Shown: positions 24,333 through 34,477 of the stretch, piece after piece
How positions within the stretch are numbered: the first letter of the stretch is position 1
Layout of the letters: each line of letters starts with the position of its first letter
Origin: Gammaproteobacteria bacterium
Lineage (GTDB): Bacteria; Pseudomonadota; Gammaproteobacteria; Eutrophobiales; Eutrophobiaceae
Reading direction: 5' to 3'
Length of the DNA: 64,000 bases
Assembly (NCBI GenBank): GCA_965215365.1
Contig: CBDCDS010000003.1
Location: 1,024,001 to 1,088,000 of the forward strand
Position numbers and translations under genes: made by a program
The notes under the pieces: generated by a model
Database searches by the model: none
The model's input: the letters and a program-made list of their open reading frames with translations, nothing else
What the model was told of the DNA's origin: nothing

Positions 24333-24821
24333 ATGACAGAGGAACAGGAAAACCAACCCGTAGCGACCGAGGAAACCGGCGCCCGCGGGCAGTTTGAAAT
24401 ACAGAAAATCTACGTCAAGAACGTGTCGCTGGAAACCCCCAGCTCGCCGCAGATATTCCGTGAGCAATGGAAGCCGGCCGTACATATGGACATTGCCAAC
24501 TCTACAGACAATCTTGGCGATAATCTGTACGAGGTCACCTTATCGGTCACTGCGACGGTGAAGCACGAGGAAAAAACGGTCTATCTGGCCGAGGTGCAAC
24601 AGGCCGGTATCTTTCGCATGGTTGATTTTCCCAAAGAGATAACCGGGCGGCTGCTGGCGACCATGTGTCCCAACATCCTGTTTCCGTTTGTGCGGGAAAT
24701 GATATCCGACCTGGTGACCCGCGCCGGTTTCCCGCAACTGCTGCTGGCGCCGATCAATTTTGACGCCGTGTACCAACAGCACCTGCAGCAGCGCGCGGCG
24801 GCAAGCGAAACACAGCATTGA
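24333..24821 (+). CDS. secB: Protein export chaperone SecB
   Basis: IQKIYVKNVSLE, EVQQAGIF, CPNILFPFVRE, LAPINF. Confidence 0.96.
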   Translation: MTEEQENQPVATEETGARGQFEIQKIYVKNVSLETPSSPQIFREQWKPAVHMDIANSTDNLGDNLYEVTLSVTATVKHEEKTVYLAEVQQAGIFRMVDFPKEITGRLLATMCPNILFPFVREMISDLVTRAGFPQLLLAPINFDAVYQQHLQQRAAASETQH

Positions 24822-25828
24822 CGCAACATCCTCGGCGCCGGGTAATGGTTGTCGGCGCGGGGTCCTGGGGCACCGCACTGGCTTTGGTGCTGGCGCGCAA
24901 CGGGCACAGGACTTTTCTCTGGGACTGCCTTGACGCGCATCTGCAGCGGCTGCTTGCGGAAGGCTGTAACAACCGCCATCTGCCCGGCCATGAGTTTCCG
25001 CAGACGTTGACCGTTGTGCGCCGGTTTACGCCCCTGCCGGCGGGCGTGCGCCAGGTCCTGCTGGTGACTCCCTGTGCCGGACTCACAGACGCGCTGGCGC
25101 AGTTGCAGTCGCAACCGGCGCGGGATTTCAGCATCTGTCTGGCCTGCAAGGGCATCGAACCGACTACCCTGGAGCTGAATCACCTGCTGGTGGAAAAATA
25201 CCTGCCCGAAGTACCGCTGGCGGTGTTATCCGGCCCCTCGTTTGCGCGGGAAGTGGCGGCGGGTTTGCCCACCGCAGTGACCATTGCCGCACGGGAGGCG
25301 GCCGTTGCCACGGATTTTGCCGCATTATTCCACAGCGAGAGGTTCAGGACCTATACCCACGACGATATCGTCGGCGTGCAGGTTGGCGGCGCGGTCAAGA
25401 ACGTCATGGCCATTGCCGCTGGCATTGCCGATGGGTTGCGCTTCGGTGCCAACGCGCGCGCCGCGCTGATCGCCCGGGGGTTGGCTGAGATCATGCGCTT
25501 AGGTCAGGTGCTGGGCGGCAGGAGTGACACCTTTATGGGACTGGCCGGCCTGGGTGATCTGGTGCTCACCTGCACCGACGACCAATCCCGCAACCGCCGC
25601 TTCGGTCTGGCACTGGCCCGGGGCAGCAGTCCGACACAGGCCTTAGCTGAGATCGGTCAGGCCGTCGAAGGGCTGCACACTACCCGCGTAGTCTGCGCCC
25701 TGGCAGACAAGCACGGCGTTGACATGCCCATCAGCGCCCAGGTCTTGCAGGTCATCGACGGCAAGGCCAGCCCGCAACAGGCGGTGCATGAACTGCTGAC
25801 GCGAGAACCGAAGGCGGAAACAGGTTAA
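24818..25828 (+). CDS. gpsA: NAD(P)H-dependent glycerol-3-phosphate dehydrogenase
   Basis: GAGSWGTALA, SGPSFA, KNVMAIAAG, GLGDLVLTCTDDQSRNRRFG. Confidence 0.96.
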   Translation: MTQHPRRRVMVVGAGSWGTALALVLARNGHRTFLWDCLDAHLQRLLAEGCNNRHLPGHEFPQTLTVVRRFTPLPAGVRQVLLVTPCAGLTDALAQLQSQPARDFSICLACKGIEPTTLELNHLLVEKYLPEVPLAVLSGPSFAREVAAGLPTAVTIAAREAAVATDFAALFHSERFRTYTHDDIVGVQVGGAVKNVMAIAAGIADGLRFGANARAALIARGLAEIMRLGQVLGGRSDTFMGLAGLGDLVLTCTDDQSRNRRFGLALARGSSPTQALAEIGQAVEGLHTTRVVCALADKHGVDMPISAQVLQVIDGKASPQQAVHELLTREPKAETG

Positions 25829-25908
25829 GGCCACCTCTTGTTCCTGGCTCAGGCTGATTTTTTCTATCATCCGGAAATTTTGCGCATAAGCATCAAACTT
25901 GTGCTACA

Positions 25909-26148
25909 GTGTCTGGCGTGTCGAAGCTTGATGAATTAAAGGAGAGAATCTCACTCTTGAGCAAATTATTTTTCGTGATCGTTGGCTTGATTGTGCTCAT
26001 TGTGGGTGGATTAGTGACTGTATTCACATCCGGGGACGTGAATGCGGTATTTTGGCTGGGTATGGCTCTTGTGGTAGTATTAAGCTGCGCGAACGTAGTG
26101 ATTTTTAAGCGTATTCAGGATCACATTGAAGAGATAGGAAAAATATGA
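25909..26148 (+). CDS. Small two-TM hypothetical protein (low GC)
   Basis: 79 aa, two hydrophobic segments; AT-rich insert after gpsA. Confidence 0.55.
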   Translation: MSGVSKLDELKERISLLSKLFFVIVGLIVLIVGGLVTVFTSGDVNAVFWLGMALVVVLSCANVVIFKRIQDHIEEIGKI

Positions 26149-26225
26149 TCGAGTTCCTTGCACTAGCTGCTGTCGTCTGTTTTTTTGTGGGCACGCTGAT
26201 CTATGGCATCCTGAAGATAGGATGA
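26145..26225 (+). CDS. Putative 26-aa hydrophobic peptide
   Basis: ATGA overlap with the upstream stop; MIEFLALAAVVCFFVGTLIYGILKIG. Confidence 0.3.
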   Translation: MIEFLALAAVVCFFVGTLIYGILKIG

Positions 26226-26268
26226 GCCTCGCAGGACAGAGTAAAGATCTTCCGGCAAAGCCGGCGGA

Positions 26269-27087
26269 TTACTTATCCGATTTTCTCGCAGGGCGTTGTA
26301 GCCACTCCACGGCTATCAGCAGCAGCAGCGCAATCAGTATCAGAAACGTCGCCGCGGCCAGGATGGCCGGGCTGATTTCTTCGCGGATGCCGGACCACAT
26401 CTCCCTGGGGATGGTGCGTTGCTCGATGCCGCCCATGAACAGCACCACCACCACTTCGTCCAGCGACGCCGCGAACGCGAACAGGGCGCCGGCAATGACG
26501 CCCGGACTGATAATGGGCAGCTGTACCTTGAAGAAGCTGCGCACCGGCCCGGCGCCGAGACTGGCAGCCGCCAGCAGCAGTTCACGATTGAAGCCGGCCA
26601 TGGACGCGGTGACCGTGATCACCACGAACGGCGCGCCCAAGGCTGCATGGGACAGGATCAACGCGGTGTAGGTATGGGTCAGGTTCAGGCCGGAGTAGAA
26701 GAAGAACATGCCGGTAGCGCTGATGACGATGGGCACGATGAGAGGGGAAATCAGCAATGCAGTCAGCGGGCGCCGCCAGGGTAGGGCCGGACTGCACAGA
26801 CCCAGGGCCGCCAGAGTGCCCAGCACGGTGGCCAGAACCGTGGCCGCCACGCCGATGATGAGCGAGTTCAGTGCCGCCCGTTGCCATTGTTCACCGAAGA
26901 TGACCTGCTCGTACCAGCGCAGGGAGTAGGCGTCCGGGTCCAGCTCCAGCATCCCCCTGGTAAAGGTGAAATAAGGCTCGGCGTTGAAGGACAGCGGGAT
27001 AATCACCAGAATCGGCGCCACCAGAAACAGGAACACCAGGCCACAGAACAGCCGTAGCGTCAGTTTCCCGGGTTCCTTTATCATCAT
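26269..27087 (-). CDS. Polyamine/opine-type ABC transporter permease (PotC-like)
   Basis: EAA-like loop LLLAAASLGAG, FAASLDEVVV. Confidence 0.88.
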   Translation of the reverse strand: MMIKEPGKLTLRLFCGLVFLFLVAPILVIIPLSFNAEPYFTFTRGMLELDPDAYSLRWYEQVIFGEQWQRAALNSLIIGVAATVLATVLGTLAALGLCSPALPWRRPLTALLISPLIVPIVISATGMFFFYSGLNLTHTYTALILSHAALGAPFVVITVTASMAGFNRELLLAAASLGAGPVRSFFKVQLPIISPGVIAGALFAFAASLDEVVVVLFMGGIEQRTIPREMWSGIREEISPAILAAATFLILIALLLLIAVEWLQRPARKSDK

Positions 27088-28271
27088 CCCAGCCTCATTT
27101 TATCCAGGCCCAGCACCCGGTCGTAGAGCAGGAATAACAGCAGCACCGCTACGAACAGCACACAACCCAGGGCTGCGGCCAGGCCCCAATTCAGCGAGGT
27201 CTGGATATGATAGGCGATGAAATTGGAAATCAACTGGCCGCTCTGCCCGCCCACCAGCGCCGGCGTGATGTAATAGCCGATGGCGAGGATGAACACCAGC
27301 AGGCAGCCGGCGCCCACCCCCGGCAGGGACTGCGGCAGATATACCCGGTAAAACGCTCTGAGCCAGGACGCGCCCAGCGAGGTGGCCGCCTGCATCTGCA
27401 CCGCCGGGATACCGCGCATCACGGAATAAATCGGCAGGATCATGAACGGCAGCAGCACGTGCGTCATTGCCACCAGGGTGCCGGTCATGTTGTGGATCAT
27501 CGTCAGCCGTTGTGCATCGGCGACCAGGCCCAGCCACACCAGCAGCTCGTTGAGCACGCCCTGTTGCTGTAGCAGCACGATCCAGGAGGTGGTGCGCACC
27601 AGCAGTGAGGTCCAGAACGGCACCAGCACCAATACCAGCAGCAGGCGGGCGCGGCGCGGAGACGCCTGAGCGATCAGGTACGCCACCGGGTAGCCCAGTG
27701 CCAGACACAGCAGGGTGATGGTCAGGCTGACCCGGATGGTCTTGATGAACAAGGTGGTATAGATACGGCGCTCCTCGGGTTGGCGCACGATGTTGCCGTC
27801 GCTGCCAACGGTCAGGTCCAGAGCGTTCAGGTAATACACGGGCGTCAACCGGGCGCCGGTGCGCGCCAACGCCTGCCAGATTGCCGCTTCCCCCCAGGCC
27901 GCATGTATGGCCGGCAGGGACTCAGACCAAGGCGCGCCGCCCTTGCGTTGCAGTCCTCTGGCGGTGCGCATGACCGCACTGCGCAGACCTGAGGTATCCC
28001 GGTTCAGCCGCGTGGCCAGCTTGCCGATAGTCTTCTGTTCGCGCGCCTTGCCAAGCTCCTGCGCCGCCAGCGCGTAAACCTGTTCCGGCGGCAAGCCGCC
28101 ACCGTCCCATTGGGCCAGTGCAGCAACGGTCTCGGGCATGATGTCCGCGACCAGCGGGTCGTACAGGCTGCGCATGAACATACTGCCCAGGGGCGCAACA
28201 AATGTTACCAGGATAAACGCCGTCAACGGCAACGCCAGTAATATTGCGGTGGTGCGGGGTTTGTTCACCAT
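27084..28271 (-). CDS. Polyamine-type ABC transporter permease (PotB-like)
   Basis: PFWTSLLVRT, LPFMILPIY, AATSLGA, GYYITPALVGG. Confidence 0.88.
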   Translation of the reverse strand: MVNKPRTTAILLALPLTAFILVTFVAPLGSMFMRSLYDPLVADIMPETVAALAQWDGGGLPPEQVYALAAQELGKAREQKTIGKLATRLNRDTSGLRSAVMRTARGLQRKGGAPWSESLPAIHAAWGEAAIWQALARTGARLTPVYYLNALDLTVGSDGNIVRQPEERRIYTTLFIKTIRVSLTITLLCLALGYPVAYLIAQASPRRARLLLVLVLVPFWTSLLVRTTSWIVLLQQQGVLNELLVWLGLVADAQRLTMIHNMTGTLVAMTHVLLPFMILPIYSVMRGIPAVQMQAATSLGASWLRAFYRVYLPQSLPGVGAGCLLVFILAIGYYITPALVGGQSGQLISNFIAYHIQTSLNWGLAAALGCVLFVAVLLLFLLYDRVLGLDKMRLG

Positions 28272-28290
28272 ATCCTGGTCGGGGCTGTAT

Positions 28291-28357
28291 GGGGTCAGAG
28301 TAGTGTTGCTGCCACCAGAGGCGCTGGCAGTGCCGGGGATAATTTTACTCTGACCCC
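28291..28357. repeat. REP-like inverted pair GGGGTCAGAGTA / TACTCTGACCCC
   Basis: 12-bp inverted repeat at 28291-28302 and 28346-28357; single copies at 10694-10705 and 15607-15618, all intergenic. Confidence 0.7.
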
Positions 28358-28380
28358 TTAATCTGTTGAATCATCCGGGT

Positions 28381-29478
28381 TTATTTAATCAGCCAGGCCG
28401 CGAAGCGTTCATTCATCTCATCCTGGTTGTCGGCCCACCATACCGGGTCTTCGTGCACGGCGTTGAGCATGTTCTGCGGCGCGTTGGGCAGGTGCGGCTG
28501 CATGGCCATGCCGGTTACCTCATGCGTATCCACCAGCGCCAGAGATGAGTGGCGCAAGGGGCCGTAGGAGATGTATCGGGTTACGTTAGCCAGCGACTGA
28601 GTACTGGTTGCAAACGCAACAAATTGTCGGGCCAGTTCCAGTTTGGGGGTGCCGGCCACAACCACCTGGTAAGTGGTAGCCAGTACCTGCCCGTCCCAGA
28701 CGATGGTCAACGGCTGGTTTTCCAGCGCCCAGGCATTGAAGATACGGCCGTTATAAGCCGTACTCATGACCACTTCGCCATCAGCCAGCATCTGCGGTGG
28801 CTGCGCGCCGGCTTCCCACCAGATGACCTGATTCCTGATGGTATCCAGTTTGCGGAATGCGCGCGCAACACCCTCCTCGTCGGACAGGACTTCATACACC
28901 TGGTGTGCCGGCACGCCGTCCGCTACCAGGGCAAATTCCAGATTGGCATTGGGTACTCGCCGCATCCCACGCCGCCCCGGAAATTTATCCAGATCAAAGA
29001 AGTCTGCCATGGTCGTCGGTTTCTGTTCCGGGAATCGGGTGTCGTTGTAAGCATACACCGTGCTGTAAACAATGCTTTTAGCGCCACACCCGACGTCATA
29101 AACGTCCAGGAAATCCGCCGCCGCCGCCGTACCGTCCGGGGCTGCCGGCAGCGTGTCCTCGTCCACCGTTTCCAGCAGCCCTTCGTCGCAGCCCAGCAGC
29201 GCATCGCCGGCCTCCATGTCCACTACGTCCCAGGAGACATTGCCGGTCTCCGCCTGCGCCCGTACCTGCGCCAGACCGCCGTTATACTCATCCAGCTTGA
29301 TTTGAATGCCGGTTTCCTGCTCAAAGCGTTCATGGTAGGCCTTTACCGAGGCGCGGGCATAAGAGCCGCCCCAGGATACGACGGTGATGAAGTCGTGGTC
29401 CTGGGCGCCGGCCGGAATGGTTGCGCCGACCACGGCCAGCGTTGCAATGAGACGGATTGATGTGTTGATGATATTCAC
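28381..29478 (-). CDS. Polyamine-type ABC transporter substrate-binding protein
   Basis: Signal peptide, VVSWGGSY, FFDLDKFPGRRG, AYNGR. Confidence 0.88.
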   Translation of the reverse strand: MNIINTSIRLIATLAVVGATIPAGAQDHDFITVVSWGGSYARASVKAYHERFEQETGIQIKLDEYNGGLAQVRAQAETGNVSWDVVDMEAGDALLGCDEGLLETVDEDTLPAAPDGTAAAADFLDVYDVGCGAKSIVYSTVYAYNDTRFPEQKPTTMADFFDLDKFPGRRGMRRVPNANLEFALVADGVPAHQVYEVLSDEEGVARAFRKLDTIRNQVIWWEAGAQPPQMLADGEVVMSTAYNGRIFNAWALENQPLTIVWDGQVLATTYQVVVAGTPKLELARQFVAFATSTQSLANVTRYISYGPLRHSSLALVDTHEVTGMAMQPHLPNAPQNMLNAVHEDPVWWADNQDEMNERFAAWLIK

Positions 29479-30578
29479 TTGGTTTGCTCCTCAACCCTCA
29501 CATCCAGCGCCCGGCAATCGGTGACCAGCCAGCCCAGGGTCACGGTGTCCCCCGGCAGGATACCGCCGTGGCCGATGGTATTGGGTATTTTAACGATAAA
29601 CTGAGTCTGTCCCAGCAGCGTGGCATGGATGCGCAGGTAGTCACCCATGAAAATAATATCTTCCACTTTGGCCTTAAAGCAGTTCGGATACCGGTCGGGC
29701 GCGGGATTCAACGCCACTCGCTCGGGGCGGATGGTCACACTGGTTTGCACGTCGTTTTCAGTGATGGCCACGGGAAACGCCCGCACAATCTCTCCGGCCA
29801 CTTCAACCTGACACTCAGCGGGTCTGTAAGCGACCACCCGGCCCTCAAGCCGGTTATTCTCGCCGATGAAACTGGCCACGAACAGGCGCTGCGGTTCCTC
29901 ATACAAGGCTTCCGGCGAGGCAACCTGGGAGATCCGGCCCTGTTCCATCACTGCTACCCGGTCCGACAAGACCATGGCTTCATTTTGGTCGTGGGTGACG
30001 TAGATCATAGTCACCCCCAGCCGTTGTTGCAAGGCGCGGATTTCGTACTGCATTTCTTCGCGCAAACGCCGGTCCAGCGCGCCTAGGGGCTCGTCCATCA
30101 GTACCAGGTCAGGTTCAAACACCAGCGCCCGGGCGATAGCAACGCGTTGCTGTTGACCACCGGACAGCTGTGCCGGCCGCCGTCTGGCAAAATCCCGCAA
30201 CTGCACCATATCCAGCGCGCGCATGACGCTCTGCGCTACCTTTTCCCTGGCGATACGCCGCGCCCTTAAGGGAAATGCAAGGTTTTCGGCAATCGTCATG
30301 TGCGGGAACAGGGCATAGTGCTGGAACACGACCCCGATATTCCGTTTCCAGGGCTTTAACTGGTTCACAGGCCGGCCATTGAGCCAGATTTCGCCGCTGT
30401 TGGGCTGCTCAAATCCGGCCAGCATCTTCAGGCAGGTAGTCTTGCCCGAACCGGAGGGGCCAAGCAGAGTAACAAATTCCCCGCGGGCGACGCTCAGGCT
30501 GAAGTCCTGCACGGAAAACGTGTGCCCGTCGTAGCTCTTGCTGACTTCCGAGAATTTTACAAAGGCATCATCATTCAT
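29475..30578 (-). CDS. Polyamine-type ABC transporter ATP-binding protein (PotA-like)
   Basis: GPSGSGKTT, LSGGQQQRVA, LMDEPLGALD, TOBE-like C-terminus. Confidence 0.9.
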   Translation of the reverse strand: MNDDAFVKFSEVSKSYDGHTFSVQDFSLSVARGEFVTLLGPSGSGKTTCLKMLAGFEQPNSGEIWLNGRPVNQLKPWKRNIGVVFQHYALFPHMTIAENLAFPLRARRIAREKVAQSVMRALDMVQLRDFARRRPAQLSGGQQQRVAIARALVFEPDLVLMDEPLGALDRRLREEMQYEIRALQQRLGVTMIYVTHDQNEAMVLSDRVAVMEQGRISQVASPEALYEEPQRLFVASFIGENNRLEGRVVAYRPAECQVEVAGEIVRAFPVAITENDVQTSVTIRPERVALNPAPDRYPNCFKAKVEDIIFMGDYLRIHATLLGQTQFIVKIPNTIGHGGILPGDTVTLGWLVTDCRALDVRVEEQTK

Positions 30579-30654
30579 GGACGCGCGGATTATTGCCTGC
30601 ATTATCAAACTTTTTACTGTTTTATCTGGTATATCCTGTATATCCTGTACATCC

Positions 30655-31638
30655 ATGTCAGCAACCCACAGCAAACTGGCTATCGACTTCTGCGGCCTGC
30701 GGTTCAATACACCGCTGGTGTTGCTCTCCGGCTGTGTCGGCTTCGGTGAAGAATACACCAGAGTTCAGGGTTTTTCCAATCGGGATACCGGCGCGGTGTG
30801 CCTGAAGGGCACCACACTGGCGCCGCGCCTCGGCAACCCGCCGCACCGTATTGCCGAGACCTGGACGGGTATGCTGAACTCGATCGGCTTGCAAAACCCC
30901 GGCGCCCGCGCAGTGGTGGCTGACTACTTGCCAAAGCTGGATTTTTCCGAGACCCGCTTCATCGCCAATGTGTGTGGCTCAACCATCGAGGAATATGCCG
31001 AAATCACCCGTATCTTCAATGATTCGGCTATTGACGCCATTGAGATCAATATCTCCTGTCCCAACATCAGGGAAGGCGGCGTCAGTTTCGGCAATTACCC
31101 GGAGATGTCGGCGCGGGTGGTGGCCGCCTGCCGGCGCGCAACCGACAAGCCACTCATCACCAAGCTGTCGCCGAACCAGACCGATATTGTGGAAAACGCG
31201 CGCCGGTGCATCGCCGCCGGCAGCGATGCGCTGGCCGTCATCAACACCGTTACCGGCATGGCCGTGGACCTGGACACGCGCACACCCGTCATCGCCACCG
31301 GCCAGGGCGGACTGTCGGGCCCGGCCATCAAGCCCATCGCCCTGCTCAAGACCTGGCAGGTGTATCAGGTGGGCAGGGAACAGAACATACCGATAATCGG
31401 TCAGGGCGGCATCACCACCGCCACCGACGCCCTGGAATTCCTCATCGCCGGCGCCAGCGCCGTCGGTATCGGCACCGCCCTGTTCTACGACCCCCTGGTA
31501 TGCCAAAAGATCAACACCGGCATCGTACAATACCTGGATAAGCACGGCCTAGACAATGTTACGGAACTGGTGGGGACGTTGCACACAACACAAATTTCAA
31601 GGAACTGCTGGCCAGAGCGGAGGTGCCGAGTTAAATGA
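30655..31638 (+). CDS. pyrD: Dihydroorotate dehydrogenase, class 1 catalytic subunit
   Basis: GMLNSIGLQNPG, EINISCPN (catalytic Cys), KLSPN, GGLSGPAIKP. Confidence 0.88.
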   Translation: MSATHSKLAIDFCGLRFNTPLVLLSGCVGFGEEYTRVQGFSNRDTGAVCLKGTTLAPRLGNPPHRIAETWTGMLNSIGLQNPGARAVVADYLPKLDFSETRFIANVCGSTIEEYAEITRIFNDSAIDAIEINISCPNIREGGVSFGNYPEMSARVVAACRRATDKPLITKLSPNQTDIVENARRCIAAGSDALAVINTVTGMAVDLDTRTPVIATGQGGLSGPAIKPIALLKTWQVYQVGREQNIPIIGQGGITTATDALEFLIAGASAVGIGTALFYDPLVCQKINTGIVQYLDKHGLDNVTELVGTLHTTQISRNCWPERRCRVK

Positions 31639-31711
31639 GTGGAGAGCAAAAACCTGACAAGGAAATATGCTAAAATTGCAGGTCATTTCAACAGACACAC
31701 AGGAATTACAG

Positions 31712-31933
31712 ATGCAAGCCCAACTTGCAACACGCATCGAAGGCAAAATCAAGCGCGCGGTGAAGAGAGTATGTCAGTCGCAAGGTCTCAAGATGAACCA
31801 CTTCATCGAAGAGGCCCTTCTCGATAAGCTGGAAGAACTGGAAGATACCAAGGATCTGAAAAAAATCCAGAGTGAACCACGTAAACCATTGGAAGTAGTT
31901 TTAAGGGACTTGGAACTCAGTGGCAAACTATAA
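31712..31933 (+). CDS. Putative type II antitoxin (RHH-like)
   Basis: Small protein FIEEALLDKLEELED overlapping a RelE-like toxin. Confidence 0.65.
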   Translation: MQAQLATRIEGKIKRAVKRVCQSQGLKMNHFIEEALLDKLEELEDTKDLKKIQSEPRKPLEVVLRDLELSGKL

Positions 31934-32189
31934 TATTGAAATATCAGCGACCGCAGAGAGACAGCTTCGGAAGATTAACAAACAGGACCAAGTCCGCGTC
32001 TTACGCGCCATTCAGAACCTCGCACAAATGCCTTATCCTCAAGGCTGCCGTAAATTGCGGGGTTATAAAAATATTTTTCGTATCAGGGAAGGAAACTACC
32101 GGATAATTTACAGCGTAGAGGCAGAGCGGCTATCGGTTATTATTCTCAAAGTCGGCCATAGGAAAGGTGTGTACAGGTCGCCTATCTGA
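31920..32189 (+). CDS. RelE/ParE family toxin
   Basis: [40 protein letters not shown]. Confidence 0.88.
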   Translation: MANYNIEISATAERQLRKINKQDQVRVLRAIQNLAQMPYPQGCRKLRGYKNIFRIREGNYRIIYSVEAERLSVIILKVGHRKGVYRSPI

Positions 32190-32302
32190 TGCGTATTTCT
32201 CACAGAAAAAAGCTCATCGAAGTGGCCCTGCCGTTGGAAGCCCAACGGCTGGGCCTTGAAGCCCACGCCAGCGACCTGAACCCGGTGGCGGTGCTTATCA
32301 AT
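32189..32302 (+). pseudogene. N-terminal remnant of a DUF1156 adenine methyltransferase
   Basis: [12 protein letters not shown] fused directly to [21 protein letters not shown]; as I recall the family, these motifs are far apart in DUF1156 proteins. Confidence 0.7.
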
Positions 32303-32604
32303 AAGGTCAAAACCGACTACCTGGCAGCGGAGACGCGTGGTGGAGAAGATACCAGCCCCCTTGGGATCGAGGGCATCCTGCCCTCGTGGAAGGCTGGAAG
32401 CCTTCCCTCCCGGGGCATCCGGGCTGGAAGCCCTCCTGCCAATTCCCCCGCCATTGACAAGGTCAAAACCGACTACCTGGCAGCGGAGACGCGTGGTGGA
32501 GAAGATACCAGCCCCCTTGGGATCGAGGGCATCCTGCCCTCGTGGAAGGCTGGAAGCCTTCCCTCCCGGGGCATCCGGGCTGGAAGCCCTCCTGCCAATT
32601 CCCC
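32303..32604 (+). repeat. 146-bp direct duplication (period 156) carrying inverted REP units
   Basis: 32303-32448 = 32459-32604; each contains GAGGGCATCCTGCCCTC and GAAGGCTGGAAGCCTTC hairpins, reverse complements of the downstream REP unit. Confidence 0.9.
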
Positions 32605-32619
32605 TCTTAGGCAACCGGC

Positions 32620-33190
32620 GTGAGTCCTGAAACTCAATTCCACCGTACCCATCTTCCCCACTTCGAGGCAGGAGAGATACCCCAACACATTTGCTTCAGA
32701 TTGGCAGACAGCCTGCCTCAGCCACTGCTCAGAGAGTGGGAAGAAGAACTGCATTGCCTCCCGAAGACCGAGCAGCAAGCGCAACGGCGCGACCGTATCG
32801 AGCAAGCTCTTGACCAGGGCCTCGGCGCCTGCTGGCTGCGCCGTCCCGAGATCGCCGCTATGGTACGTGATGCCCTGCATCACTTCGATGGAAAACGTTA
32901 TCAACTACATGGTTGGGTAATCATGCCCAACCATGTTCATGTGCTGGTCACGCTACTGGGGAATCACACCTTATCTGGCATTGTGCATTCATGGAAGTCT
33001 TACACAGCTAATCAGGCCAACAAAATTCTGGCGCGCTCGGGTGAGTTTTGGCACGAAGATTATTTTGATCGGTTCATCCGCACCGAGAAACATTTTGTTA
33101 CAAATCTGAATTACATTCACTGGAATCCGGTACAGGCGGGCTTGTGTAAGAAGCCAGAGGATTGGGAGTGGAGCAGTTATACCCCGGAGG
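32620..33190 (+). mobile_element. REP-associated tyrosine transposase (RAYT, Y1/HUH) domain; ORF continues to 34173
   Basis: [25 protein letters not shown] (HUH), [34 protein letters not shown]. Confidence 0.88.
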
Positions 33191-33196
33191 GTCTGG

Positions 33197-33580
33197 GAGG
33201 GAAAGCTTCCAGCTTTCCACGAGGGCAGGATGCCCTCGATCCCAGGGAGAAGGCTTCCAGCCTTCCACGAGGGCAAGATGCCCTCGATCCCAGGGAGAAG
33301 GCTTCCAGCCTTCCACGAGGGCAAGATGCCCTCGATCCCAGGGAGAAGGCTTCCAGCTTTCCACGAGGGCAAGATGCCCTCGATCCCAGGGAGAAGGCTT
33401 CCAGCCTTCCACGAGGGCAGGATGCCCTCGATCCCAGGGAGAAGGCTTCCAGCCTTCCACGAGGGCAAGATGCCCTCGATCCCAGGGAGAAGGCTTCCAG
33501 CCTTCCACGAGGGCAAGATGCCCTCGATCCCAGGGAGAAGGCTTCCAGCCTTCCACGAGAGCAGGATGCCCTCGATCCCG
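33197..33580 (+). repeat. 8 x 48-bp tandem REP array
   Basis: Unit GGGAGAAGGCTTCCAGCCTTCCACGAGGGCAAGATGCCCTCGATCCCA with two hairpins; read in frame as ([16 protein letters not shown])n. Lone copy near 36064-36087. Confidence 0.95.
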
Positions 33581-33624
33581 GAGGGACGGACACCTTGCCG
33601 GAATCATCGCCTGTTTTCAGGCGC

Positions 33625-34400
33625 ACCGGTTGGGAAACCTTCCTTGATGCAGTTATCCATGCTGGTTTCTCTATTACTGGCACTTGGCCAGTACGCACAG
33701 AAGGAGCAGGGAGAATTATAGCGAAAGGCACCAACGCCCTTGCCTCCAGCATCGTCCTGATCTGCCGCCGCCGTCCCGACGACGCGCCCACCGCCTCCCG
33801 CCGTGACTTCGTCGCCGCCCTCGTCAAACGCCTCGGCGCCAAAGCAGAAGTCGCCCGCGAACTATGCTACCGCCTGTACACCGCCTGCGAACGCAAACAA
33901 CGCCCCGCCGAGACGGAAGCCGCCAAGGCCGCCGACAACTGCTTGTTGGTCATTAGCTTGCCTGCATCAGACACGGCCTCCTCGCATTATGAAGCTGCCG
34001 AGGTTGGCGGCCAGCGCGGGGCGGATGCATTGAAGCACTTGCAAAACGTCATTGGCCGGGTCGAATCGGCCTGGCGTCCGGCCAGCACCGAGGAAGGGTT
34101 CGAGCTCGTCCGGCGTCGCTTGTTCCAGCCCTTGAGCGGCAATGACGCCTACAAACACCGCCCTGTACCGTGACGGTAGCCGCTACTGGTACGCCACGCA
34201 GCGCCAGAGTAGGACGCGATGCCGGCTAGGTGGCCGAGGAGGTCATTTCACATCTCTCCGGTCTGGTCGGCGCCGATGTTACGGTTACGCTGGAAATTGC
34301 TGCCAACATTCCCAACGGCGCGCCGGATAATATCGTGCGGACTGTGACAGAAAACAGCAATACGCTGAAGTTCCGCAGCCACGGCTTTGAGAAGGACTGA
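33625..34400 (+). pseudogene. Fused remnants of DUF1156 C-terminus and DUF499 ATPase
   Basis: [24 protein letters not shown] and ARELCYRLY (DUF1156); [34 protein letters not shown] and RTVTENSNTLKF..HGFE-KD-stop (DUF499). Confidence 0.72.
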
Positions 34401-34477
34401 AAGAGAGACCCGGCCAGTAGTTTCCCGAGTAATCGAATCAACCAGATCGTTTTTCCACCCTGCGCAACGTGATCATT

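Noticed and set aside
33197-33580. 48-bp tandem array as a CRISPR array
   Set aside because: Units are contiguous with no unique spacers; palindromic REP units next to a RAYT explain it.
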